Notes under the pieces: model-generated
The model's input: only the letters and a program-made list of their open reading frames with translations
Told to the model about the DNA's origin: nothing
The model's database searches: none
Assembly: GCA_963783575.1 (NCBI GenBank)
Contig: CAWAOD010000003.1
Location: forward strand, 160,001-224,000
DNA length: 64,000 bases
Origin: an uncultured Spirochaetota bacterium
GTDB lineage: Bacteria; Spirochaetota; Brevinematia; Brevinematales; JAOACQ01
Reading direction: 5' to 3'
In this document: piece after piece, positions 1 to 9,593 of the stretch
Layout: every line of letters starts with the position of its first letter
How positions within the stretch are numbered: position 1 is the first letter of the stretch
Position numbers and translations under genes: made by a program

Positions 1-321
1 TTTGTAACCAAGGAAAATAAAGGGATTTAACAATTCATCTGATATAAAAAACAGCCCCGGTTGAAATTGAGTGACCGGGAAATACTCAACTATGCTTCCT
101 ATACTGAATTCATTATTAAATGGATTATAGCGGAAATAAACCGGTTTGATAGGCAGGAATAGCCAATCTTTTACAGTAAAGATCGGAGCCGTAAAAATAT
201 CATAAGGGCCGTAAGCCAGTTCAACCCCGCGAAATTGAGGCTTTACATCCTCAAAAAAATCAAAACAATAAACAGGGCTTGATATTAATATAGATAATAA
301 AATAAATTTAAAAATTTTCAT
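1..321 (-). CDS. Partial secreted/outer-membrane protein (3' end outside window)
   Basis: Not in ORF track. ATG at 321 (minus) preceded by AGGGA, open for 107 codons to the window edge: MKIFKFILLSILISSPVYCFDFFEDVKPQFRG...; N-terminal signal-peptide-like stretch. Confidence 0.65.
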   Translation of the reverse strand, partial: MKIFKFILLSILISSPVYCFDFFEDVKPQFRGVELAYGPYDIFTAPIFTVKDWLFLPIKPVYFRYNPFNNEFSIGSIVEYFPVTQFQPGLFFISDELLNPFIFLGYK

Positions 322-508
322 ATTATCCCTTAATCAACCTGTTATTTTTTTACTTAATCGTGACAGAACATTGATTATAGTAAAAGCAAATATTGAGATA
401 GTCAAATTATCAATATTAATACAAAATGTGATAATATTAATATATGGGTAATTACGCTTAAATATTGATGAAATTTTTGTATTTCTTCCATATACACTTT
501 CAAAAACT

Positions 509-567
509 TAAGGGCAGTTCCGTTTTATTAAAAAAACTAGTTCTAATAAAATTTTCGAACTGCCTTA
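509..567. repeat. Short palindromic MITE/REP-like element (family A, copy 1)
   Basis: Ends TAAGGGCAGTTC ... GAACTGCCTTA are inverted repeats; the body matches the reverse complement of 59061-59109. Confidence 0.6.
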
Positions 568-723
568 TATATAATACTTATCATTTTAACGACTTATGAA
601 AATTTTACTACAAAATTATTTATCTTAACTATTTTATTCTTAATAAATAATATTATAATTCATTTATAAAAATAGAATTTTGTATTATAATGAATGGAAA
701 AAAATGAGGAGGTGTTTTACACT

Positions 724-2397
724 ATGCGAAGCGATTTGGTTAAAAAAGGGTTTCAAAGAGCGCCCCACAGATCTTTATTCAGGGCAATGGGATTTGATGA
801 CTGGGAATTGAAAAGACCTATCATTGGAATCGCAAATTCCTTTAATGAATGCATTCCGGGTCATATTCATTTGAATAAATTGGCGGACGCCGTGAAAAAA
901 GGGATCTACTCGGCCGGGGGTATGCCGATGGAATTTAATACCATCGGTATCTGCGACGGTATCGCAATGGGCCATATCGGTATGAAATATTCCCTTCCTT
1001 CAAGGGAATTGATAGCCGATTCGGTGGAGACAATGGTCCAGGCTTACCAGTTCGACGGGTTAGTTATGATTGCATCCTGTGATAAAATTATACCTGGTAT
1101 GCTTATCGCGGCCATGCGGCTGAATATACCTGCGATTTTTATAAGCGGCGGGCCTATGCTACCGGGCAACCTTGGAAAGAAAACTCAGATTGACCTGAAC
1201 GATGTTTTTGTAGCTGTCGGCCAGTATGCAAGTAAGAAGATGTCCGAAGAGGAAATGCATGTCCTTGAATGCGATGCCTGCCCAGGCGGAGGCTCCTGCG
1301 CCGGCATGTTTACGGCAAATACCATGAGCAATCTCAGTGAAGCGCTTGGAATAGGGCTTCCTTTTAACGGCAGCATTCCTGCAGTATTCTCCGGAAGGGA
1401 AATGCTTGCGAAAAAAGCCGGCCTGAAGATTGTTGAATTGGTGGAAAAGGATATCAAAGCCAGGGACATTATGACAAAAAAGGCGTTCGAGAATGCGATC
1501 GCCCTTGATATGGCTCTCGGCGGATCAACCAATACAGCCCTGCATCTTCCCGCAATTGCTTATTACGGAGATATAGACTTAGAGTTAAAAGATTTTATAC
1601 CGTTTACTGAAAAAATCCCTCATCTTACATCGATGGCCCCTGCGGGACCTCACCACATCCTTGATTTGTACAACGCAGGCGGCGTTCCAGCGGTTCTCTC
1701 GGAACTGGCGAAAAAGAACCTGATACATCTGGATACAATGACCGTTAATGGGAAGAAACTCGGTGAAACTTTAAAAGAATACAAAGCCGGGGTTAAGGAT
1801 TATGACATCATCCGGTCTATTGATAAACCGGTTCATGAAACCGGCGGTCTGGCTGTTTTGACCGGTAACCTGGCTCCCGACGGAGCCATAGTAAAACAGG
1901 CCGCCGTTGCGCCGGAGATGATGCGGCATAAAGGCCCGGCGAGGGTTTTTGACAGCGAAGAGGCCGCAAGCGAAGCTATTCTGGGGAACAGGATTAAAAA
2001 GGGAGATGTGATTGTTATCCGGTACGAAGGCCCGAAAGGAGGCCCCGGTATGCGGGAAATGCTTTCCCCTACTTCAACCGTTGCCGGAATGGGGCTGGAT
2101 AAGGATGTAGCTCTCATAACTGACGGCCGTTTCAGCGGAGCAACAAAAGGGGCTTCGATCGGCCATATTTCTCCCGAAGCCGCTGCCGGCGGTTTGATTG
2201 GACTGATTGAAGAAGGAGATCTTATTGAGATTGATATAATCAATAAAAAAATTAATCTTCTTGTGGATGAGTCCAAGATTGAGGCAAGAAAGAAGAAATG
2301 GGTTCCTCATCCTCCCAAGATATTAAGCGGTTATGTCGCCAGGTATTCAAAAATGGTTACCTCGGCAAACAAAGGCGCCGTTTACGAGAGTAAATAA
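724..2397 (+). CDS. ilvD: Dihydroxy-acid dehydratase
   Basis: Motifs [61 protein letters not shown]. Start moved to ATG 724 behind GAGGAGG. Confidence 0.97.
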   Translation: MRSDLVKKGFQRAPHRSLFRAMGFDDWELKRPIIGIANSFNECIPGHIHLNKLADAVKKGIYSAGGMPMEFNTIGICDGIAMGHIGMKYSLPSRELIADSVETMVQAYQFDGLVMIASCDKIIPGMLIAAMRLNIPAIFISGGPMLPGNLGKKTQIDLNDVFVAVGQYASKKMSEEEMHVLECDACPGGGSCAGMFTANTMSNLSEALGIGLPFNGSIPAVFSGREMLAKKAGLKIVELVEKDIKARDIMTKKAFENAIALDMALGGSTNTALHLPAIAYYGDIDLELKDFIPFTEKIPHLTSMAPAGPHHILDLYNAGGVPAVLSELAKKNLIHLDTMTVNGKKLGETLKEYKAGVKDYDIIRSIDKPVHETGGLAVLTGNLAPDGAIVKQAAVAPEMMRHKGPARVFDSEEAASEAILGNRIKKGDVIVIRYEGPKGGPGMREMLSPTSTVAGMGLDKDVALITDGRFSGATKGASIGHISPEAAAGGLIGLIEEGDLIEIDIINKKINLLVDESKIEARKKKWVPHPPKILSGYVARYSKMVTSANKGAVYESK

Positions 2398-2447
2398 TCA
2401 AAGCAGGGGTGTATTTAGCCCCTGCCAAAATATTCCGCAGGGTTGAA

Positions 2448-2855
2448 ATGATGATAAAAACTATAATTATCACTGGAATGATTTTTATTTTATTCTCCAT
2501 AGAGTATTGCGAGGGAAAAAACGAAGACAAATTTATGCTGTATGTGATTAAAATAACCGGACCTTTAAAAAGAGACGAGTTTTATACCGCTAGATATGCA
2601 ATGCTTTATTATGAATATAAATGGAATAAAAATGTATCTTTATTTGAAGATTACGAATGGAATTTTGCAGTTAAAAATGCCGCAAAAAGGGCTAAGACAA
2701 AATCCCTAAATTCAATTGTTCATATTGAGAAATGGGGTGAGAAATTTTTAAAAACAACAATTCAATTGACAAGAAAATCCCTTGAAGGCCTTGATAAATT
2801 TATCGGGGAAAAAATGGGAGAAACAGAGGCCTCAAGACATACCGATAAAGAATGA
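2448..2855 (+). CDS. Hypothetical exported protein
   Basis: Hydrophobic N-terminus (MMIKTIIITGMIFILFS), same-strand position after ilvD; no family recognised. Confidence 0.6.
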   Translation: MMIKTIIITGMIFILFSIEYCEGKNEDKFMLYVIKITGPLKRDEFYTARYAMLYYEYKWNKNVSLFEDYEWNFAVKNAAKRAKTKSLNSIVHIEKWGEKFLKTTIQLTRKSLEGLDKFIGEKMGETEASRHTDKE

Positions 2856-2877
2856 ATAATTATAAGGGAGGATTATT

Positions 2878-3894
2878 ATGGACTCCTATCAGCAATTTTT
2901 TCAGGGTGTCAGAGGTTCTTTCAACGGGTCGTCTAATATTTTGTCATTTTTAATCTTTATTGTAGTTCTGGGAGTTTTGATCATTATAATCAGGGCATTT
3001 TACAAATATTATCAATCCTATTTAAAGGCCAGACTCGTTCTTAATGCCCAAGCGAATTCGACAACCCTTCAAAAGCATGTTCAGGAATTTAATCCTTTAC
3101 AGAAAAAGGCGGTTTATGATATTATCGGGGAATTCAAGAAAAAGGAGATGATAGCCCAAACAATTCCGGTAACCATCCTTGAAAAGTATTCGGAATATTT
3201 CTATCATCAGGTTGACCGGCTTAAAATCAGCAATACCCTTGCAAACAGAATGGCGATGCAGATATTTCCGATAACAGTCAATTCCAACATTGAAATTCAA
3301 ATATTCCAGGATGAAAAGCTTTATGTATTCGATAGAAAAGTGATAGTTTCCAACAATAATGCCGTTGTAGTGAACAGTCTTGAAGGCCATGATGTCAGGA
3401 TCATCAAAGGAATGCCGGTTTATTTATTCTATACGGCAAGCAATCAATGTATATCAGGTGTGTCGTCAGTTGTGAATAATATTCCGAACGATAGGATGAT
3501 CCTGTCATATCCTAAAAATCTCAAAGTCTCCGATGTCCGGAGATTCATAAGAATACCTCTTACAAATGTTGAAGGCAAACTTGCAACAACCATAACAAGA
3601 AGCAGTATGAATCCTCAGGAAATCAAGATAACGCTGAAAGATATCAGTCTGGAAGGCGCCAGGATACAGGCCAACGCAGTTCTCAAAAAAAATTATATCT
3701 ATAAACTGAGCTTTCAGGATACTGGAATTGCCGGGTATAATTTTCAGGATATTGAGTGCGCAGTTTCAAAAAGCTTATTGGGCGATAATATTTTTGAATA
3801 TGGCCTGTCATTTATCTACCTTGATATCGAGACAAGGGAAAAACTTGTCGGATACCTTAAAGATCTTGCCAACAGGATGAAATTTAAAAAGTGA
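2878..3894 (+). CDS. Membrane-anchored PilZ-domain (c-di-GMP receptor) protein
   Basis: N-terminal TM helix; C-terminal RRFIR (RxxxR) and DISLEG (DxSxxG) PilZ motifs; GGGAGGA RBS. Confidence 0.85.
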   Translation: MDSYQQFFQGVRGSFNGSSNILSFLIFIVVLGVLIIIIRAFYKYYQSYLKARLVLNAQANSTTLQKHVQEFNPLQKKAVYDIIGEFKKKEMIAQTIPVTILEKYSEYFYHQVDRLKISNTLANRMAMQIFPITVNSNIEIQIFQDEKLYVFDRKVIVSNNNAVVVNSLEGHDVRIIKGMPVYLFYTASNQCISGVSSVVNNIPNDRMILSYPKNLKVSDVRRFIRIPLTNVEGKLATTITRSSMNPQEIKITLKDISLEGARIQANAVLKKNYIYKLSFQDTGIAGYNFQDIECAVSKSLLGDNIFEYGLSFIYLDIETREKLVGYLKDLANRMKFKK

Positions 3895-3903
3895 CCGCCC
3901 AAT

Positions 3904-4677
3904 ATGATACATAAAAAAAGTGACAGCCGCAAGGTTTATGAAAATTTCTCAAAATATTACGACCTGTATGTTCGGAATTTTTCCGAAGATATACCTATTT
4001 ATTTATCATTTTGCGGCAAAGATGATAAAATTCTGGAAATCGGCTGCGGTTCAGGTAGAATCCTAAGCCATTTTCTTAAAAACGGTTATGCAATCACCGG
4101 TGTTGATATTTCACAGGAAATGCTTGATCTGTCGGAATCAAAGCTCAAAAATTATATTATTAATGGGAAACTAAAACTTAAAAATCATGATTTCAGATTT
4201 TCCCCGTTTAAAGAAAGTTTTAATATGATTATGGTTACCTGGTATACGTTCAACTATATACTTGATAAAAAAGAACAGGAAAGTTTCCTGAAAAATATTT
4301 ATTTGTCTTTAAACACCGGCGGGAAATTAATTGCAGACCTTTTTTATCCCCGGACATATTCCAGACCGGAAATAGAAAACAAATGGACGGAAACGGAAAT
4401 AAGTTATAATGAATTTAAAATTCTATTGAGGGATAAAAGAAAAGTTGAAAATGGGATTGAAGAAAGGATACAAGAATTCATAAAAAATGGGACTGAAGAA
4501 GAAATTATAACATACAGAATATTTATAGATAAGGATACAATCAGGCAATTATTGAAAGACGCGGCTTTTACCGGAATTAAAATCACGGATGGCTATTCTC
4601 CCGATGGTTTTCATGAAGCTTTGCAAGGTGAAAAAGCCTTCAAAAATTTTATAATTACCGCAATAAAAAATAAATAA
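3904..4677 (+). CDS. Class I SAM-dependent methyltransferase
   Basis: ILEIGCGSGR motif I, GVDISQEML motif, LNTGGKLIAD. Confidence 0.9.
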   Translation: MIHKKSDSRKVYENFSKYYDLYVRNFSEDIPIYLSFCGKDDKILEIGCGSGRILSHFLKNGYAITGVDISQEMLDLSESKLKNYIINGKLKLKNHDFRFSPFKESFNMIMVTWYTFNYILDKKEQESFLKNIYLSLNTGGKLIADLFYPRTYSRPEIENKWTETEISYNEFKILLRDKRKVENGIEERIQEFIKNGTEEEIITYRIFIDKDTIRQLLKDAAFTGIKITDGYSPDGFHEALQGEKAFKNFIITAIKNK

Positions 4678-4693
4678 TTTCAGATATATAAAT

Positions 4694-5950
4694 CTATTTA
4701 AGTACTGCCGCCATTTCTCCAAGACTACCCTGAGATTGATCTCCGTTTGAGAGGTTGCGCAGGGTATAAATTCCTTTTTTAACCTCATCTTCCCCGACAA
4801 ACAGTGCATATTTCGCCTTCATTGAATCGGCCGATTTAAGATGCTTTTTAAGCGAGGAATAACGGTATTCGGTTACAGCCGAAATATTCTTTTTCCTTAA
4901 GTTTGATACTATCTCAAGTGCTTTCATCCTGAATTCCTCGCCTATAAATGCGACATATACAGTTGGCGGAATATAATACCCGGTTTTTCCCGGTCCTCGG
5001 TTTTCAAGCATAAGGGCCAATCTTTCCATACCTATGGCAAATCCAGCCGCCGGAGTATCCATCCCGCCAAGGTCTTTTATTAAATAATCATAACGTCCGC
5101 CCGCCGAGACAGTGCTTTGCGCTCCGGCATTTGAAGCTTTGACTTCAAATACGGTTCGGTTGTAATAATCCAGGCCCCGTACAAGCCTGGGATCAATCAG
5201 GTAAGGGATTTTCAATACTTCAAGTCCTTTCTTGACGCTGTTAAAATGGGCTTCACAGTCTGTGCATAATGAATCGATCATAACCGGAGCGTCCTTTAAA
5301 AACGGCGCGCATTTTTCCTCCTTGCAGTCGAGGATGCGCAGGGGATTGGATCCGAATCTTTTTTTACAGTCCTCGCACATTAAACCGATTTTACCTGAAA
5401 AATAATCTTTCAGGTTTTCAAGATGTTGCGGTCGGCAAACTCTGCATCCGATAGAATTTATGTATATTGTAACATCGGAAATTCCCAATTGATCGAAAAT
5501 GTCATGGTTTAATTTTATAAGTTCGACATCAACAAAGGGATTTCCGTCACCGAGATATTCCGCGCCATACTGTATAAATTGCCTGTATCTTCCGGCCTGC
5601 GGATTTTCAGCGCGGAACATCGGGCCGGAGTAGTAAAGCCGGGAGGCATATCCCTGCATAGAAAGCCCGTTTTCCAGGTAAAGCCTTACAGCGGAAGCCG
5701 TTCCTTCGGGCCGCAAAGCTATCTGCCTGTGTCCCCTGTCTTCGAATACATACATTTCCTTTTTTACAACAATATCCGAAGAATCGCCGACTCCCCGGAT
5801 AAACAAATTGGCATACTCGATCACAGGAAAGACAACTTTTTTATATCCATAATCCGATAGTATTTTCCCCAGTTTATCTTCAATGAAGCTGTAAAAATCA
5901 GACTCATCCGGCGGAATATCATAAGTTCCCTTTAATTTAACATAGTCCAT
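4694..5950 (-). CDS. hisS: Histidine--tRNA ligase
   Basis: KEMY, LRPEGTA, FRAENPQAGRYRQF, LVRGLDYY, GGRYD, GFAIGMER. ATG 5950 follows AAGGAG. Confidence 0.98.
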   Translation of the reverse strand: MDYVKLKGTYDIPPDESDFYSFIEDKLGKILSDYGYKKVVFPVIEYANLFIRGVGDSSDIVVKKEMYVFEDRGHRQIALRPEGTASAVRLYLENGLSMQGYASRLYYSGPMFRAENPQAGRYRQFIQYGAEYLGDGNPFVDVELIKLNHDIFDQLGISDVTIYINSIGCRVCRPQHLENLKDYFSGKIGLMCEDCKKRFGSNPLRILDCKEEKCAPFLKDAPVMIDSLCTDCEAHFNSVKKGLEVLKIPYLIDPRLVRGLDYYNRTVFEVKASNAGAQSTVSAGGRYDYLIKDLGGMDTPAAGFAIGMERLALMLENRGPGKTGYYIPPTVYVAFIGEEFRMKALEIVSNLRKKNISAVTEYRYSSLKKHLKSADSMKAKYALFVGEDEVKKGIYTLRNLSNGDQSQGSLGEMAAVLK

Positions 5951-5983
5951 CTGCAACTCCTTGATGTAGTTGTCAAACTAGAT

Positions 5984-6012
5984 ATAATAAAATAAAATAT
6001 TCCGAATGTCAA
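5984..6012 (-). promoter_or_regulatory. Sigma70-type promoter for hisS
   Basis: Minus strand TTGACA-17 nt-TATTAT. Confidence 0.65.
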
Positions 6013-6223
6013 ACAAGCGTGCCCTGCGACATCGTGCCGCTTGGTGAACTTGCGTTCGCCACTGTCTTTATGCTGCTTGAAGAGCCCTCATGGAGCATCC
6101 ATACTCCACTTCTGGCTTTGTGTCATCGTGTAGCTAAAGCTCTCAATGCGCGTCGGTGCGCGGTTGGTTAGCCCTTAAGCAAGCTCAGGACAGGCTTGAC
6201 GAATCACTGGGCAGGCTGCTTGA
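6009..6223. mobile_element. GC-rich non-autonomous MITE/REP composite (family B)
   Basis: GC-rich island in an AT-rich intergenic region; imperfect terminal IRs TCAAACAAGCGTGCCC / GGGCAGGCTGCTTGA; internal CCCTTAAGCAAGCTCAGGACAGGC unit related to units at 29172-29266 and 38119-38167. Confidence 0.55.
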
Positions 6224-6423
6224 CCTAAACTATCATTATATCAGTTCTTTGGAAGTAAATATGGATCAAGCATCATGCCTGGAAAAATTATGTTTAAAAA
6301 TCTTGATTTATAACAAATTTAATAGATAATATATAGTACTTAAAAAATTATGATTCTGCAAGGATTTAATAATATTAATGTAAGGTATCGGATACCGTCA
6401 TAATTAAAGGAGATTAAATCAGA

Positions 6424-8316
6424 ATGGGAATTCTGGAGCAAAAAAAAACAAAACTTGGGGTAAACAACCTTGATTTTAATGAGCAGAAGGAACTTTATGA
6501 AGGTTTTGTAAATGTTGGAGGAAAAGTTGTAAAACTTCAGCAGGATCCGAATCACAAAATAAATACCAAACTCTCAAGATATATAGAAGCAAAAGAAGAA
6601 ACCGAGAAAAAAAGGCTTCTTCAGGAAGAAAAGAAAAAAAGCGATGAGATTGCCCATCAAAAAATGCTGGCTGAAAAGGAAAAAATAAAAAAAATGGTGG
6701 AAGAATCCAGAAAGAATCAAAGGATGTTAAAACCGCCGGTTATCCAGGAAAATAAAGCGGAAGCGCCCGACGAACCCAATCCTACACAGGATTATTTCAG
6801 CAGGCTTGCAGCTGTACTAGTCTGCATAATTTATGGTATTTTCAATATATTCGGTAAAAGATTCTCAAAAAAATTCCTCAACATAACATATTATGATCTT
6901 CAGAACGGATTAATCGAAGCCAAGCAAATCCTTGCTTCAATCATACACCAGGATAAAAGTTTTTCATCCCATATTAAGGATAGTCTTGCATCGACAGGTT
7001 TCCCATATTATTATGAGCTTTTATACAGATTCGACGAAATCTACGATCCGGATGTTTTTAACACCTTAAAAGATTTAAAAGCTGTTTCGGATCCGATCGC
7101 CAGGGGTAAGACTGCTTTTATCAAATTATTTAAAAAAATACTAATTCTAAACCGGTATCACCCGTCAATAAATATCGCATTTGAAAAGGCGCTCTCATAT
7201 GAGAAAGAATTGAGAAAAATGGATGAATCCATATTCTCGGCAAATTATAAAAAGCTCAATAAAATATATACATTCATCTTTTTGAATTATTTACCAAAAA
7301 TTCTTAACCTTGTTGATTTTTATTTTAAAGATGAAATCTTCCATGGCAAAAAAATAAAGTATAGGGATTTTATCAATATCGTACCCGAAGATATGATAGG
7401 TTTCTATACCAAATTGTGGGCAGAGGAGGAAGTAAAAGAAAAACTTAAACTTGAACAGGAGGAAAGGCAAAAAGCGCTCGAAGAGCAGGAAAAATTGAAG
7501 CAGGAGAAGGAGAAGGGCGACATGCCTCCATTATCCGAAGCGGAAAAAATTGCACAACTTAAGAATCTTCCTGATTCTGTAGGAAACGGCATCAGGATTA
7601 TTGAGGAAAACCTTAATTTTAAAGAGATATTAAGTTTCTATCATTATTCGAAAGACCCCAGAGAAATAATGCCGATCAATGACAAGGTCTTCCTGACATT
7701 TTCAATAATGGAATTTTTTGATAAAGAGTTTTCTTTTCTCTTTGTTACAAGCAGCGTTCAATTTAATATTATTTCCGATAAAGGCCAGAGAATCGATATC
7801 CGCAACAATTTAAAAGACATTTACTTTCATACGGATGATATATATAAAAGTATAAATGAATATATAAAGATATTGCATGAAATAAGAAAAAATAATACTA
7901 ACACATATATGCTTGCCAAAGAACAATATACAAAACTCCAGCAGCTCAGCCTGCAGAGAAGCCAACTCTCAAAACTAATCAGAAGACAATCGGGACAGTT
8001 GTTTGAAAACTTTAAAAACCAGTTTAAGATAATTGTAGATGACTATAATTATGACAGAAGGATTATCCAGAACCCGGAAGATATCCAGAGTTTTGATACA
8101 AGAATTCTAGGAAAGAAAATATCTCACAGGCAGAGAATCATAGAGGTGTTTAATAACGGGTTTTCTGTGGCTTCGGCTCTTCATTATCTGGTAAACGAGG
8201 GCGAATTGAGCGGAATTTCAATAGAAATAAAACAGCCGGTATTCCTGAAATTTGAAATACCCGCAGAAAATGAAAACTTAAATGAAAACACACAGCTATC
8301 GGATTTTCCTCAATAA
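6424..8316 (+). CDS. Hypothetical protein with charged coiled-coil segments
   Basis: 630-aa ORF with AAGGAG RBS, two E/K/Q-rich helical stretches and one hydrophobic segment; no family recognised. Confidence 0.8.
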   Translation: MGILEQKKTKLGVNNLDFNEQKELYEGFVNVGGKVVKLQQDPNHKINTKLSRYIEAKEETEKKRLLQEEKKKSDEIAHQKMLAEKEKIKKMVEESRKNQRMLKPPVIQENKAEAPDEPNPTQDYFSRLAAVLVCIIYGIFNIFGKRFSKKFLNITYYDLQNGLIEAKQILASIIHQDKSFSSHIKDSLASTGFPYYYELLYRFDEIYDPDVFNTLKDLKAVSDPIARGKTAFIKLFKKILILNRYHPSINIAFEKALSYEKELRKMDESIFSANYKKLNKIYTFIFLNYLPKILNLVDFYFKDEIFHGKKIKYRDFINIVPEDMIGFYTKLWAEEEVKEKLKLEQEERQKALEEQEKLKQEKEKGDMPPLSEAEKIAQLKNLPDSVGNGIRIIEENLNFKEILSFYHYSKDPREIMPINDKVFLTFSIMEFFDKEFSFLFVTSSVQFNIISDKGQRIDIRNNLKDIYFHTDDIYKSINEYIKILHEIRKNNTNTYMLAKEQYTKLQQLSLQRSQLSKLIRRQSGQLFENFKNQFKIIVDDYNYDRRIIQNPEDIQSFDTRILGKKISHRQRIIEVFNNGFSVASALHYLVNEGELSGISIEIKQPVFLKFEIPAENENLNENTQLSDFPQ

Positions 8317-8599
8317 TAAATTTTAGCAATTTAAAGCCAAAACTGTTAAAAAAAGTATTTCATTCTAAAATCAATTCAAACTAATTAAACTATCATGGAA
8401 CTTGATTAAAGTTTTAATTTAAAGAATAAAATTAGCAATGGAAATAGTAAAAAACTAAAATTTGTTAATATTTGTTTTTTTTATGAACATTTTGTTAAAA
8501 TATTTGATAATAAGTCAGGTATTTGCCTTAAATTATTTATGCTTGACTTTTTATCCTATTGCTATTAAGATAAATAAATAAAAATTTCTGGAGGATTCT

Positions 8600-9058
8600 A
8601 TGCCTAACAGTTATATTATTTTCCTGATCATTTTTATAATATTACTTACAGTATTTGCTTATTTCTGTACTAAAAATGGCTTTATCAGATCATTATATTT
8701 ATTTTTAAGATTCGCTGTTCCAATGTTTTTATCTGGAGTGATAGTTTTTATATCCAGGTTTATTTCAAAGGTTGAGCTGATAAAATATATTATCGGCATT
8801 ATCGGTACTGTTATTTTCTTCCTTGTTTTATTTAATGTTTTCGTTTTACCGGAAAAAAACAAAAAGATGGGAATAATAAATTATTTTCTTGGATTTGTTA
8901 TAGGAATTGCGATAGGCTGGCTTATTGCAGGTTTTGTTGTAATTTATCTGGATTTTTTTAATATTATCATAATACATAATATTATATCCAGTTCTTTTTA
9001 TACTGCAATTATTACTCCTGTAAAGTGGATTTTATTCCTTGATTTTATTAAATTTTAA
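8600..9058 (+). CDS. CvpA (colicin V production)-like membrane protein
   Basis: 4-5 TM helices, N-terminal KNGFIRS and INYFLGFVIGIAIG patterns resembling CvpA; GGAGG RBS; TTGACT-17-TAAGAT at 8543-8571. Confidence 0.55.
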   Translation: MPNSYIIFLIIFIILLTVFAYFCTKNGFIRSLYLFLRFAVPMFLSGVIVFISRFISKVELIKYIIGIIGTVIFFLVLFNVFVLPEKNKKMGIINYFLGFVIGIAIGWLIAGFVVIYLDFFNIIIIHNIISSSFYTAIITPVKWILFLDFIKF

Positions 9059-9068
9059 TATATGAATT

Positions 9069-9265
9069 AAATTCCTGGGGTATTCGTGTAGAATGGATAT
9101 TTTCGGGTTCTATATCCATATAAAAGGGATTCCGATCTCCATGTGGAATTGCTTCTCTTTTCCGGCTCTTTATGAACCGATTGAGGGGAAACAGGAAGTA
9201 TGGGTACGAATTCCGCCTTGTAAAAAGGAACCGGAAAAACGGTTTTCTTACGGTACCCCGGGTTT
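9069..9265 (+). ncRNA. ssrS: 6S RNA
   Basis: ~195-nt rod: CCTGGGGTA pairs with TACCCCGGG, TTTTCGGGTTC with GAACCGGAAAA; central bubble TATATCCATATAAAA / GCCTTGTAAAAAG; then GGGATTC/GAATTCC, CCATG/TATGG, CTTC..TTTCC/GGAAA..GAAG. The 3' bubble CCTTG..AAGG mirrors known 6S RNAs. Confidence 0.88.
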
Positions 9266-9285
9266 ATAATATATAATAAAGAGGT

Positions 9286-9585
9286 ATGAATATGGATCAA
9301 TTTTCTCTCGCAAAAATGTATATTGACGCTGTAAAAAATGATTCTATTGAATCGACTATCCTTGTTAAGCTACCGGAATTAGTTACCTGTAACGATTGGA
9401 CAAGAGTTGAGATTATTGGAACAGTAAATTATCTTTCGGATAGAACAAAAATAGTATATAACGGACTGCTGGTAAAACATGCCGGCGGATTATATTATAT
9501 GAAGAAAAAGATTACAGACGCACTGGGCGATATCGATAAAAGGTTTAAAAATATAAAGAAAAACGTAAGGGTTATTACCGAATAA
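9286..9585 (+). CDS. Small hypothetical protein
   Basis: 99-aa ORF with AGAGGT RBS directly after the 6S RNA. Confidence 0.7.
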   Translation: MNMDQFSLAKMYIDAVKNDSIESTILVKLPELVTCNDWTRVEIIGTVNYLSDRTKIVYNGLLVKHAGGLYYMKKKITDALGDIDKRFKNIKKNVRVITE

Positions 9586-9593
9586 AATCATTC

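Noticed and set aside
5957..6260. T-box leader for hisS
   Set aside because: No GGTGGNACCGCG T-box motif on the minus strand; a good promoter lies between this region and hisS, and the sequence matches dispersed repeats.
9067..9300. 77-aa minus-strand ORF
   Set aside because: Antisense to the 6S RNA and the next gene's start; no protein features.
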